Source of the DNA: Amoebidium appalachense
Taxonomy: Eukaryota > Protista > Ichthyosporea
DNA: 64,000 bases
Assembly (NCBI GenBank): GCA_963693365.1
Contig: CAVNZM010000007.1
Span: 10,909,962 to 10,973,961, forward strand
Reading direction: 5' to 3'
This document shows positions 1 through 13,872 of this stretch, in pieces. The translations under genes were made by a program, and so were the position numbers. The notes under the pieces were generated by a model. It made no database searches, was not told where the DNA came from, and saw only the letters and a list, made by a program, of their open reading frames with translations. Within the stretch, counting starts at the first letter, position 1. Each line of letters begins with the position of its first letter.

Positions 1-7
1 CACACAG

Positions 8-1957
<1,950 letters not shown>

Positions 1958-4605
1958 CAGCACCATTCCAGTAGGCCGGCAATGGGGTGAGGCATAGTGA
2001 CCATGTTTGTTGTAAGCATGATGTGGCTGAAGGCAGTGGGTGTGTTGTTGGGATGATTGTGCATGCGCGAAGGGGATGGGGCAGGGTGGTGTCTTGGGGG
2101 CATGTAGTCTGTGTGCAATTTGAATGGCAGCATAAGTGTATCATGATCGTATCGATAGTAATCAAGCCATGGGCGTAAGGTGGCATATTATCTGTGTGTA
2201 TATCTGCACACCAGAAACTTTGTTGTTCGTGGAGTGCTGTGCTAGGTGATGGTTGGCTGTAGTTTCATTTTGTTTGGTTTGTTATTATTATTAATATTGT
2301 TTTGTGGGTGGGTGGGTGGGGGGGGAGGGGGTATGCTTATAGCTGCAGACTTCGATTGAATGATATCCAATTGAAATCCATCATGGAACTATGGTGCTCA
2401 ACTCTAAACTGCTGTAATTTTGGCGGCAATTTTCTGTGAATGTGTCAGTCAGGATTTGGAACCTCGGTTGAGAGAAAGTAGAGAAAATAAATGTTCGAAA
2501 GTGTTCAAACCATGTGATATCATTGAGCATATGCCCACAATCACGTGTTGCACATTTGTACATAGGCCTCTACGTACACCCACATACACGCCGTGACGCC
2601 GGGACTCGAGCTCGTACTACCAATGCGATGGATGTGACCTGGCACACATACATGATTTATGCACGTATCACTTAACTCTTGAAGCTTTGTTTGCGATTGA
2701 AGCGTGTGCATACATGTAACCATCAATTTTATGGCTCTTGGGCTCGAGCTTTCGGCCTTGGGCCCTCCCTCTCTCGCTCCTCACAAGCCTTCGAACTTCT
2801 CCCACATTTCCACCCTCTCCCGCTCTGGGCCTATGCTTTTTACGAGGATTACTGTTCATTACACACATTAGCTGCCCTGCCCTGCAACATTAGCAAGTGG
2901 TTTTCTCTTGCAAGGCCTGCAAAGGTTGGGTGGGTGCACTAGGATATCGGGAGAACTGGTGGTGATCCGAGTAGTGCTGGTGGCCATGGTGCTGCGCAGT
3001 TTTTTTTGGAGAAGAAAATGTAGGTATGAACAACCCCCCCCAAAAAGCCAGGAATATTGATTTCGAGAATCAGGCGTGTTGCAGACCGTCGCAGTGCCGT
3101 TGTGTATGCATGGATGATGCACAGCCATATGCATGCATGTGCCTCCTGCTTGCCGAACATCAAAGATTTTTATTTTTTTTTGTATAATGGATTTTATTTC
3201 GATCGGGGCATCAGACAGGGCTAAGAGTGGATATATAGTACAGTTGCCATAGATACGACGAGATAGTCGCTGAGATAGCTTCACCGGATATCCAATGAGA
3301 TATACCAAAAACGAGAATTCTACAGTAAGACTGCTAAAAGCTGCACGTATGAGCTCAACTACTGGGGTCAACAATTGCTACTAGTTATTAGCCATGCAAG
3401 AGTAAACTGCATAGAAAATATCATACTATTTGCAATTCAACAGAAAGTCTAACAAATATTGTAGATGTTCGATCGCATGCCTATCATGCGGCAGCGGCAG
3501 GACGTTCCACCGTGGCCCGGATGGTAGATAGACCTACATATACAGCTTTTTATAATGACTTTATTGATGTGCTCATATGTTCGAAGGATACTAAAAAGAG
3601 ATATCCCAGATATCTCGAGAGACGATTTTCGAGTCACTCAAATGGGAAGTAGGCTCACTGGAATATGGACGTCGACCCAAAGGTATAAAATAACAAATAA
3701 ACACTAAAGGCAGGAGTGTAAACGATAAGTTGATATCTCGGCTTCCACAAGAAAAAAAACCTCAATAAAGGTGACCTAATATGAATTGAGTCACAAAAAT
3801 CATTGAGTGAAACGCGTACGTTAACACACGGAAACTTGAGTAAATGCGCACGTTAACTAGTAATTAGCATCGATGGCAGGGTACAAAATGAGAAGCTTGG
3901 GGCATGGCTAGATTGCTCCATCAAAGCCACGAAGATGTCTAGGCTACAAACTGCAAGGAAGCCATCTGTAACTACTCTAGAAACAGAGCCCTCGGCGAAA
4001 ACTCTATCACTGGAGCAGCACACGAGGTTTCAAAAGAGCAATACAGAGCATGTAAGACTGCAAAACTACCTTAGGGGGCGCAGTGACAGGAGTAACCCTC
4101 CAAGGAGAATAGCAGCCAAACAAGGTAGCCTGCTGTAACGGGAGATGCAAAAGGAACCAACACTACCAAGCAAGCGGGTACACAAATCAAGGCTATAGAG
4201 CTAACTGCCACCACAAGGGCCCGTAACTGTAGCCGGCTGAGGAAGCTTCTCGACGTCCCAGTCGGCTACAAACTACCCCGGACGCGTGCCGCGGAGGAGA
4301 CGTCAACCAAGCTGCAGGTGCACCCCAAGGCGAAAACGTAGAGTTGGAGAAAACTTAGTTGTGCCCCCCATCATAGAAAAAGGGTGCCGTCGCTAACCCA
4401 GAAGGCCGCCAACCCCCTAAACGAGAAGCCTCGCGGCCATCAGAGTACCATGCGCACGCCCCGGCGGGTAAAGGCCGTGAAGACAGAACCATAATGGAGA
4501 GAGGTAGCTCACCAACTCCTTGCAGCCCGCAGGAAACAACCATCACCCCCCGGTTGCGCCAGCACCTGCCTGGAGGTCATCCCCCCTGCACCGGACTTCA
4601 GTCCC

Positions 4606-4808
4606 GTCACAAAAAGAAAGAAGCGAAAGCTCTTATATACCTGCCATGATGAAAAGTCGGGAAAAAAAAATTGACGTGAAAGGAAAGTGATCGAAGTGAA
4701 AATGAAGTCACAAAAAGAAAGAAGCGAAAGCTCTTATATACCTGCCATGATGAAAAGTCGGGAAAAAAAAATTGATGTGAAAGGAAAGTGATCGAAGTAA
4801 AAATGAAG
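4606..4808. repeat. Tandem duplication of a ~101-bp unit
   Basis: gtcacaaaaagaaagaagcgaaagctcttatatacctgccatgatgaaaagtcggg...aaaatgaa occurs twice back to back, almost identical. Confidence 0.9.
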
Positions 4809-6004
4809 TCCAACTTGGCCGGAGTCTTGATATATTAGGGACTCTGGCTACGTGGTAGATGCATATGTACGTGTACTGTTTGCCGGACGTCATTACTGAC
4901 GGCAGTATGTGGCTGGCACAGTGCCAGGCTGCACCGCCCGTGGGCTGGGGGTGACTACATGTAAATCACGTGGCTGTGCACATCATATGATCGACGAGGG
5001 CCCCCAGTGAGTCACGGACGCGAGCTGTGAGCTCGCGCGCCGGCACATATGTGATGCCTCACGTACTATGGCATTGCAGAATGTGATTAAATTGGACCAT
5101 ATTCTGAGGATACAGATAGAAACCTTGGTAGCATGCGCTTGCTTACCTATTATCAATTGATATTTGTGTGCTGGAATATACCAAAAAAGAGCTCTGCACT
5201 CTCATAGGCCATCACTAACATAATGATGATATGCCGGTGAGGAGGGGGAGTCAGGGGAACACACGGAAGGTTGTCCACATAACTTTTCCGGTAGCGTGGA
5301 ATGCATTGCGTTCCAATGGAAAGAATCAACCAATCACATTGAGTCCTTTTTAAACAGGAATGCAGCTCACCGGATCTCCCAGACTCGGACGTACTGTACT
5401 GCATCGGGATTACAGATGTGCGTTTGACTAAGTTTACACAGCTTATACGTTAGGGTACTTTTTTTCGCCATGGGAGTCTGGTGACAGCCTTAGACAGAAG
5501 ATTACTTGCTTATACATAGCTGCTACGGGACCCCGTAAATCTAATACGTTTCGTCGAGGAGTCAGATTTGAGAGGCGTTAGTAATGTATGCGTTCTTGGT
5601 CACGGGGGATCATCACTGAGCAAGTTATGATCCAGATCGAGAGTGACAAGCGAAGTCAGAGACTCTTCGCGACGCGACCACACTCTTCGACCACACTCTT
5701 CGCGACCACAACGAACTAAGTTAGGTGGCCATATAGGGCCTACAATAGTGTTATGTGGTGGCTCTACGGAGCTGAATGTGTGAGGCCCGACTAGTGACAC
5801 CTAACGGGGTTGATGCCGACCTACTGCTATTGGAAGGTGGCGCACAGAGGTGGCAAGTGATGTTCGAGGGTGACCTGCAGGTCATGCAGCCACCGAGCTT
5901 CTCCGTTGCTGCAGTTTAGTTTCAAATCGCCACTGCCAATTGCACAACGGAGAGGTGCGGCCAAAAGAAACAAGTACCGAAATACTTCGGTAAGAAACGC
6001 CACC

Positions 6005-7277
6005 ATGAAACCCGTGGCCTGGCTGCTGGCTGCTAGCCGCGACCTCTTTAATCTGGGAAACCGTGCACGGTCTTCCAAAGTGGCCCCACAGGCAGAAACT
6101 GTGTCGCCTGGGCCGAGCGGCAAGAAGGCGCCTCTGGGGGGGTTGAGGACGCAAAACTCCACGCTCAACCTGCGCAACAGGCAGTCGAGCACGGGGCTAG
6201 CGTTGGACGACTACTTCACCACACAGACGCTGTGCAAGATATCACGGGGGGCCTACTGGGTCGACAACAGCGCAGAGGCCCTTCTCAAGATCCTCTCCAG
6301 CCCATCGGGCCGTTCCGTGTTCATGGACTTCCTAGCCAGCCAGCACTCAGAGGTAGGGGGTGGTGCAGTGCTGTGCGTGGGGGCGTGGGTGGTATGGGGT
6401 GGGTGTCACTAACAGGTTGCCGCAGGAGAATCTTCTGTTCTGGCAGGCAGTCGAGGACGCAAAGCCCAGCAGTGGCCAGCCGTCTGCCGACTGTGCGCTG
6501 GGCATCATCCAGCGGTTTATCCGGCCAGGCTGTGAGTGCGAGGTCAACATAGACGACCGCCTGCGCAGCCGCCTGCTGCAGCTGGCCGACGCCCAGCCCT
6601 TGGACACGGAGGCACTGCACTCGGAGCTGCTGCGGGCACAGGACAAGGCCGTGCACCTGATGGCCACCGACTGCCTGCCGCGGTTTCTGGACAGCTGCTA
6701 CTTTGGGGCCTGGCTGGACGGCGTGGTGGATGAATACGAGGCCGAGGCCCTGGTGGCGCGCCGCCGCAGCTCTTGGGACAGCCTGTCGGGCAGGCGCTTT
6801 TCCAACGGGCGGGCAGGCAGGCACTACACCGTGTGGCTGCAGCGGTTTATCCACGTGTGCGACATACTGCCCTTTAGTGTGTGCATGAGCGAGCTGGAGA
6901 GCAAGGCCCAGCACCACGACAGCTTTGCCCTCATCTATGTCAACAAGGAGTTCACACGTATGACCGGGTATGCCCACCTGGAGTGCATCAACCAGAACTG
7001 TCGTTTCCTGCAGGGCAAAGGCACCGAACAGGCTGAAATCGACAAGATAAGACAAAAGCTGAAGGCCAGAGAGGCCGTGTCGGTGACCATCACCAACTAC
7101 AGAAAGAATGGGGAGATGTTCCGTAACTTCATGTTTCTGCGGCCTGTGTTTGATAGTGAGCGAAAGACGTGCCGACACTATGTGGGCTTCCAGTTCGACG
7201 TTACGGACTTTTCCGAGGCCAAGACGGACGCACTAGCCCCCATCCTTAGCTTCCTGCCAGAAAAAATAGTGGTGTAG
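6005..7277 (+). CDS. RGS-LOV protein, candidate blue-light photoreceptor (exons 6005-6352, 6426-7277; 399 aa)
   Basis: RGS motifs: GRSVFMDFLASQHSE|ENLLFW, EVNID, LMATDCLPRFLDS. LOV motifs: YVNKEFTRMTGY, NCRFLQG, NYRKNGEMFRN, YVGFQFDVT. The 73-nt GT-AG intron has a CACTAAC branch site and joins in frame. Confidence 0.93.
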
Positions 7278-8515
7278 AGGTGTGTGTGTGTGTGTGTGCG
7301 GGCGTGCGCCTGCATGGTGTGGAGGTGGAAAGGAGGGGGGGAGAGGGGGGGTTTTGGCGAACGTTGCACTTCGGCTCCGCATGGCGGGTAGTTAGAAACT
7401 AGAACAGTCTTTTTGTAGGGGCGAAGAACACTGAAAGGGATTATTGAATGACAAACTATGTACGAATGACAAACCAAGCGAACTCTCCTGCCCCAATGAT
7501 ATAGATGCACCGAATACAGGTGCTGTGAAACTGTTCTCTCGTTTACAGCTTATGAGTTAAGTAATGACGCACAATAAGCCCGGGATTCCGTTTGGGAAGT
7601 GTAAGGGCTCTGTGTGTGTGCATGTGCATGGGTGTGTGTGTGCGTGCGTGTGTGCATGCACTGCACGCGCATGCGCTCATAATATCAGTGGCACCGGATC
7701 ACAGCCTGCCGGACACAGGAGATGTACGTGCATGTCGTTTTGCGTCCCCTCACGGCGAACTGTGATGTGGATTCGTGTGTGTGTGTGTATTGTGCGTGAT
7801 GCTCTGCAGGGGTGCAAATTGTGGTACGTGCTCTAGATCTGTATCTCACGGTGATTGCACGTGCATGTGTGCTTTCGCTTGGCCGTGGATCGTACGTGTG
7901 TACAAACCGGGTGGGGCTTGAGACAGGGTTCAGCCTTTAGGTTTTTTTGCATTTGCCACGGTGTCACGGTAAGCCTTGTGGGTGATGTCAGTGATGCGTG
8001 CTGATGTGCATCACGGCGTATGAAGCATGGCATATGGATTGTGCACCGTGACTGGCTCGCACCGTAAGCACGTACAGAACCTCCCCCTCCCCCCTCCCCC
8101 TCCACCCCTCCCCCCTCCCCCTCTCCTCTCCCCGAGTTTGAGGTACAACAGTCAACATTTGAATCTCCAAGATTACTTGTAATCAAGTTGAAGTTCTGTT
8201 GTACTGCACAATGTGCCGATCCTACCGCGGCCGCTTTTGTAGGGTGCTCTTGTGTCTTCGACACCAGAACCGTTCGGAGAGAAGCCCCTGGACACGGCGG
8301 CCAGCACGAACTAAACGTGTGGTGCATGTTCTATGTAGCCATGGCCAATGGCAAGAGGTTTTCTTCGTTGTCAACGGTGATTTGAGAAGTGACTCCAACC
8401 CTAAACAAGGTACTGCTGTTATGGGCACAAGGCTTTTGACTTGATCATGTTTCGGCGTTCCGGGATCCCGCGTATACAGAAGTTTGAACTTCTCGGACCA
8501 AACCGATGCCTAATT

Positions 8516-8710
8516 GGGGTTTACGCTGTTTACTCGAGGCAAAGAGAACCAGTCTCAGGTATGGGGGGGGGGGTTTTGCTCGGAATATCCCCTCAGCGGT
8601 ATATCATGATCACGTACATAGATGTCGGGTGGTGACTATATATCAGGGTTTACTTTCTCTACGAGACACCATAAAGACTACAAGGAGAAATCAATTAGTT
8701 GGGGTTCCCC

Positions 8711-8751
<41 letters not shown>

Positions 8752-8783
8752 GGGCTCCCCTCGGGACACTCGGTATCAGCTGG

Positions 8784-8834
<51 letters not shown>

Positions 8835-9326
8835 GTGTGTGTGTGTGCGCGTGCGCTATAATTTTGTAGTGATGTGTTTCTCAAGCCAATCAATACATCT
8901 AATAAACAGGTCGTAGTTACGCGTGTTTAGTATAAAATCAAGGATGTTGTAATTTACAGGTAGGCTATCTTTCTGGGTGTCTGTTGTGAATGTGACGTGT
9001 GTGTGTTGCGGTATTATGTGGTCTATCAAACTACATTTGGCGATACATGACCGGTTAAACTGGTGTGTGTGTGTGTTGTTTGGGCATGCAAATGATGCCA
9101 CCTTATACTTATTAGATCTCCACTGTATAGCACGTGTACAGTAAAAGCGTGGTAATTGATCAATAATACCATCAGCTAGAGAAAGACCAGTTCTACAGGA
9201 AGGTAATATGTATTTAGGTGTTATACACTTGCGAGTGCCATATTTGGCAATATGGTTGAGGCGGTCAGTATATATAAAACGAGACATAAGGCTTAGTTTT
9301 TCAAGGTGTATGCTTTCATCGGGTCT
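8516..9326 (-). mobile_element. 5'-truncated copy of the same LINE, with a 10-bp TSD (ATGCCTAATT)
   Basis: Near-identical reverse complement of ~16640-17547. Direct repeat atgcctaatt at 8506-8515 and 9327-9336. Confidence 0.92.
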
Positions 9327-10303
9327 ATGCCTAATTTATCCTTCTTCTTCTGGAATGCTCGGACACTGGGCCCCCAAAAGGGCCTCCCCCCCGGGACACT
9401 CGACGATAAAATCAGCTACATACAACAACAGACAAACAACCACACGTTTACAGTGATTTGCGAAACACAGTTTAAAAACCACCACAAATTCAACTCTACA
9501 TTGGTCGACACATCCACACACCCCGGTTACGCGAAAAACCGAGGCATTATTGTACTTGCCGCGCCACACGTGAGAGTGAAGTGCAAACCGGTAGCAAAAA
9601 CGGAATTCTCGGTTTCTATAGAGTTTCTTTCTAATGTTTTACTTTTGTATATTACCCACCATCTATGTCGGTTGCCGAATTGACTCACGAGTTGTCACAG
9701 TTACCAATGTCCACTGTTATTTTAGGTGATTTTAACACGCGACTCCACCACACAGACACACTGCAAGTGAGTGTCGGGTACCCATCTAAGCCCCCGGAGC
9801 GTGCTATCCCTTTAGCAAGGTATGTCCAAAGTCACACTTTGCGGTTCCCTCAAATATCCCATGCCCACAACACCGACTGGGGAGTGGCCTTTTGGCCATC
9901 AACCATGTCAAAACTCTCTCTCCCTCCTAACCTCTCTAGGTCATCTGACCAGGCTCCTATCCTTTTCCTACCTAAGATCTCCCTTGATCTGCTCCCCCCT
10001 CCTCCTCCCACCTTTCGCCTCCGTCTATCCCAGCTTAAGTCACAGTGGGGTAGAGTTGATGTATGTGTATGCTATGCAACGAAACACCCTATATATATGC
10101 GCCTATTAGAATCTGCACAAGCCAGACCAGATTCACATCTCGTACTAGATACATGCACTAACTTTATTGTTGGTCTCGGTGATTATGCTGGTGGTGGTAG
10201 GAAGGAATATCCCGATGCTCTCTTGTTACCAAACACCACTCCCGCTAGACTAGGTGAACTCCTGTTTTAAAAAGGAAAGCTTGCGCCGGCTTGCTATTGT
10301 AGT

Positions 10304-10529
10304 GGGGGTTTACGCTGTTTACTCGAGGCAAAGAGAAACCAGTCTCAGGTATGGGGGGGGGGGGTTGCTCGGAATATCCCCTCAGCGGTATATCATGAAC
10401 ACGTGCATAGATGTCGGGTGATGACTATATATCAGGGTTTACTTTCTCTACGAGACACCATAAAGACTACAAGGAGAAATCAATTAGTTGGGGTTCCCCG
10501 TGGTTTTTTATTATTATTATTATTATTAT

Positions 10530-10571
<42 letters not shown>

Positions 10572-10602
10572 TTGCTCCCCTGGGACACTCGGTATCAGCT
10601 GG

Positions 10603-10683
<81 letters not shown>

Positions 10684-11877
10684 TGCGATATAATTTTGTA
10701 GTGATGTGTTTCTCAAGCCAATCAATACATCTAATAAACAGGTCGTAGTTACGCGTGTTTAGTATAAAATCAAGGATGTTGTAATTTACAGGTAGGCTAT
10801 CTTTCTGGGTGTCTGTTGTGAATGTGACGTGTGTGTGTTGCGGTATTATGTTGTCTATCAAACTACATTTGGCGATACATGACCGGTTAAACTGGTGTGT
10901 GTGTGTGTTGTTTGGGCATGCAAATGATGCCACCTTATACTTATTAGATCTCCACTGTATAGCACGTGTACAGTAAAAGCGTGGTAATTGATCAATATTA
11001 CCATCAGCTAGAGAAAGACCAGTTCTACAGGAAGGTAATATGTATTTGGGTGTTATACATTTGCGAGTGCCATATTTGGCAATATGGTTGAGGCGGTCAG
11101 TATATATAAAACGAGACATAAGGCTTAGTTTTTCAAGGTGTATGCTTTCATCGGGTCTAGTGTCGTGTGGTATCTTTTTCCATTTGTTATATTGCGTGAT
11201 TATCTTGTGATTGTGTACATGTTTAATAAGTCAGTGGCAGTCCAAAGTCACACACACACTATTGCGGGGTTTATTTGTATTTGTGCCCAGGGGAGAAGGG
11301 GAGAGAGAGGGGAGGAAAGAGGGGAGAGGCTCGGAGGGGACAGGTCGGATAGAGAAGAGAGGGTGGGAGGGCAAATACTTCTTTAAGCGGCTTATGTGCT
11401 TATTGAATTTCAGCGCGAGATAGGATACTCTAGCAGCTATTGGGACATCGAGAGCGTTACAGGCCCAGGTTTACAACAGTTTGTTAGATAGAAAGGAGGC
11501 AACTTCTGCGTCAAGGAAATTTGCTAAGGGTTTAAGCGCTCTAGTTCTCTCTTTCTTGATCCAAGCGGCGAGAAGGGGTAAACCATATTCACATGCCGGG
11601 AAGACAAAAGTGCGAATAAATGTAAGTCTAGTAGAAGGATGGAGGGGTGTGTCTTTAAAAATATTAGCCGAGAAGAAAGCTAACCGCTTACGAGCCAACT
11701 CTACCCTCTTTTCGACCATATGGGGAAACATAACACCAACAGAATCAACCGGAACACCAAGATATTTGTATTCTGGAACTATATGTACAGGGTTAGATGA
11801 TAATGTAAATGTGTGTAAATTGTTAGCTATATCAGGTACAAGAACACCACATTTGTCTATGTTAAGGATCATAAGGT
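10304..11877 (-). mobile_element. Second 5'-truncated antisense copy of the same LINE
   Basis: Reverse complement of ~15900-17547 (MILNIDKCGVLVPDIANN...). No TSD seen. Confidence 0.9.
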
Positions 11878-12638
11878 ATGAATCGATTTGGCCCCCCTGC
11901 TCGTATTATTGGTGATACCACTGGAGACCCCCTCATATGCATAGACTCTGATAAGTATTTCTCGGAACTGTTTAAAGATAGGACCCCCGCTCAGAAACCT
12001 ATTGTGTGGCCTGTAGACCCATCTATCCCCATAGAATCGATCCTCCCCTTTTTCAGTCCCGATTCCATATGGTCTGTGATATCTAGTTATAGCTCTAGTA
12101 AGTTATGTGGACCTGATGGACTCCCTGCTGGGTTTCTTAAGGGGATCCCCTTGCTGTGATTTTTGGAAATTCCATGCATTCGATTGGATACCGGTTATCC
12201 AATCGAAGAGGTTATATTGAATTGAATCTAAAATAAATAGACTTGTTTGGTTAGTCAAGATCCGGTATTACCATTGGCTGTAGGAATCACGATTTTGGCC
12301 GCGGAGACCCACAGTCGTGATTTCGGGGCCGAAAAGTGCTTGTAAAGTTTAGTAGCCTATCGAAAGTACATCATAAATTGGATTGTATCACACGGTGCCG
12401 ACGGCAGCCACACACAGGCTTTCCCGCCAAAGTTTGGCGCGAAACAACAGAGCTCGGAGAGTTCCCGGCCGAGGACGGCGCCCTGCCGGCCCGCCCTGCG
12501 GCGCCTGGAGCGCCCGGCGGTGGTTGCCTGCACCCCAGGGGGAGCATGGGGGACGCAGGGGAAAAGAAATGACAGTAATAAAACAGGAACTAGTACACCT
12601 CATTTGTTCATCACATCTTTTTTCAAACATGTTCGAAC

Positions 12639-13575
12639 ATGGCGGACAAGAAAGGTAGGAAGAGAGTACAAAAAGGCTCAGACAATGCTACCAAGCTCAC
12701 AAAGAAACAGCTACTAAAACTGCTAGCTGAACGCAAGAGAAAGAATAACGGCGAAGAAGAAAACAACACAGACACTAGTGCAGAGGATACACAACGGGAA
12801 ACCACACAGGAACAGAGCAAGGTTAGCTCAAACAGTCAGGAAAGCACCCATAGTGAGACCAGCGTTAATACTGGGGGAGGGGGGTATCACCCCCTTCCCC
12901 CGCCCATAGTAGCCCTAGTGTAGGTAAAAGCGAATCGGAGGAAGAATGCACCCCCCCTCGCAAAAAGCATAGAGCAGAGCTTGAAACTACAAACACACAT
13001 GCAAACACACCCACACCCACAACCACACCACGGAACGACCCCGCAGAGGGAGCAGCACAGCATGCTGTCGAGTTTGAAAATCATAGCGACGATTCCCACT
13101 CAGGTAGTGATGGTGATGACAGCAGCAGCGATGCTGAGGATGCGGGCAAGGAAAGCGGTAGCAGTGTTGGGGGCTACAAGTCCATAGGCTCTAGTGACTA
13201 TTCAGACGCCGTTCCCCTCAGAGTGATGGTCCGCCTTAGCGAACGTAGGGGTTCTCTGGGGACCGAAAATGACCCACCCGCAGCTAGCATCGACCCGGTT
13301 GATGCACAAAACGCGAGTGCACAAGAAACAGAAACCACAGCCCCACTATCTATAAATCCGGATGCAACCACCAACCCCACCAGCTCACCAACCCGAGGCT
13401 TACCCCCTAAAAAACCACGTATGCCACGCACACACCCAGATGAAAGCACAATCGAAGAGGGGCTCGAGTTTTCTAATGCTGGTCTTGATGGGAAATCGAT
13501 AAAGCCCATGTACATACTCCAACACGTAGACATTTTCATACAGACCATTTGTGACAACATGCTTTGTAAACATCG
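12639..13575 (+). pseudogene. Probable N-terminal part of the transposase (basic start, acidic/Ser-rich linker, truncated at a Cys motif)
   Basis: MADKKGRKR... with frameshifts in homopolymers; ends YILQHVDIFIQTICDNMLCKH, where it meets the opposite-strand ORF. No catalytic domain is seen. Confidence 0.5.
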
Positions 13576-13872
13576 TCAAAAACCATACACGAGACGCTCC
13601 GCACATGCGAGACGAACACGGGTACCCTTGGGCAAACCCTTGACCTCGATGCTTGCAACGCGGTACAACACAAAACGCCTGTTTTTAGGGACGAGGCCAC
13701 CAACAGGCATACCATTCGGATTTATGTAATGACGGTACTTGTAATAAAAAACTTCATCTTCTAGTGCAGCTATATCTCGCACCTCTTGAACGAGTGAGTG
13801 TTCGCACGCACAATACAGCTCGGGCGTCCCTTGACAGTTAGGGCAAACGGCGAACTCGTCGTTCTCACTCAT
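13576..13872 (-). CDS. KolX-like accessory protein of the Kolobok element (P2X7 ballast-like Cys protein), probably C-truncated
   Basis: CPNC..CAC and NRRFVLYR..KGLPKGTRVRLAC resemble the R-x2-AYR...G-x-LG-x3-R-x4-C motif. It is convergent with the transposase, as in Kolobok elements. Confidence 0.6.
   Translation of the reverse strand: MSENDEFAVCPNCQGTPELYCACEHSLVQEVRDIAALEDEVFYYKYRHYINPNGMPVGGLVPKNRRFVLYRVASIEVKGLPKGTRVRLACAERLVYGF

Noticed and set aside
5610-5665. Single LRR-like peptide SLTSLVTLDLDHNLLS on the minus strand
   Set aside because: One isolated repeat with no supporting exons; chance or a tiny relic.
8516-12140. Twin-priming (5' inversion) explanation for the head-to-head LINE pieces
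   Set aside because: The ATGCCTAATT TSD and the colinearity of the + strand pieces fit nested insertions into one host copy better.
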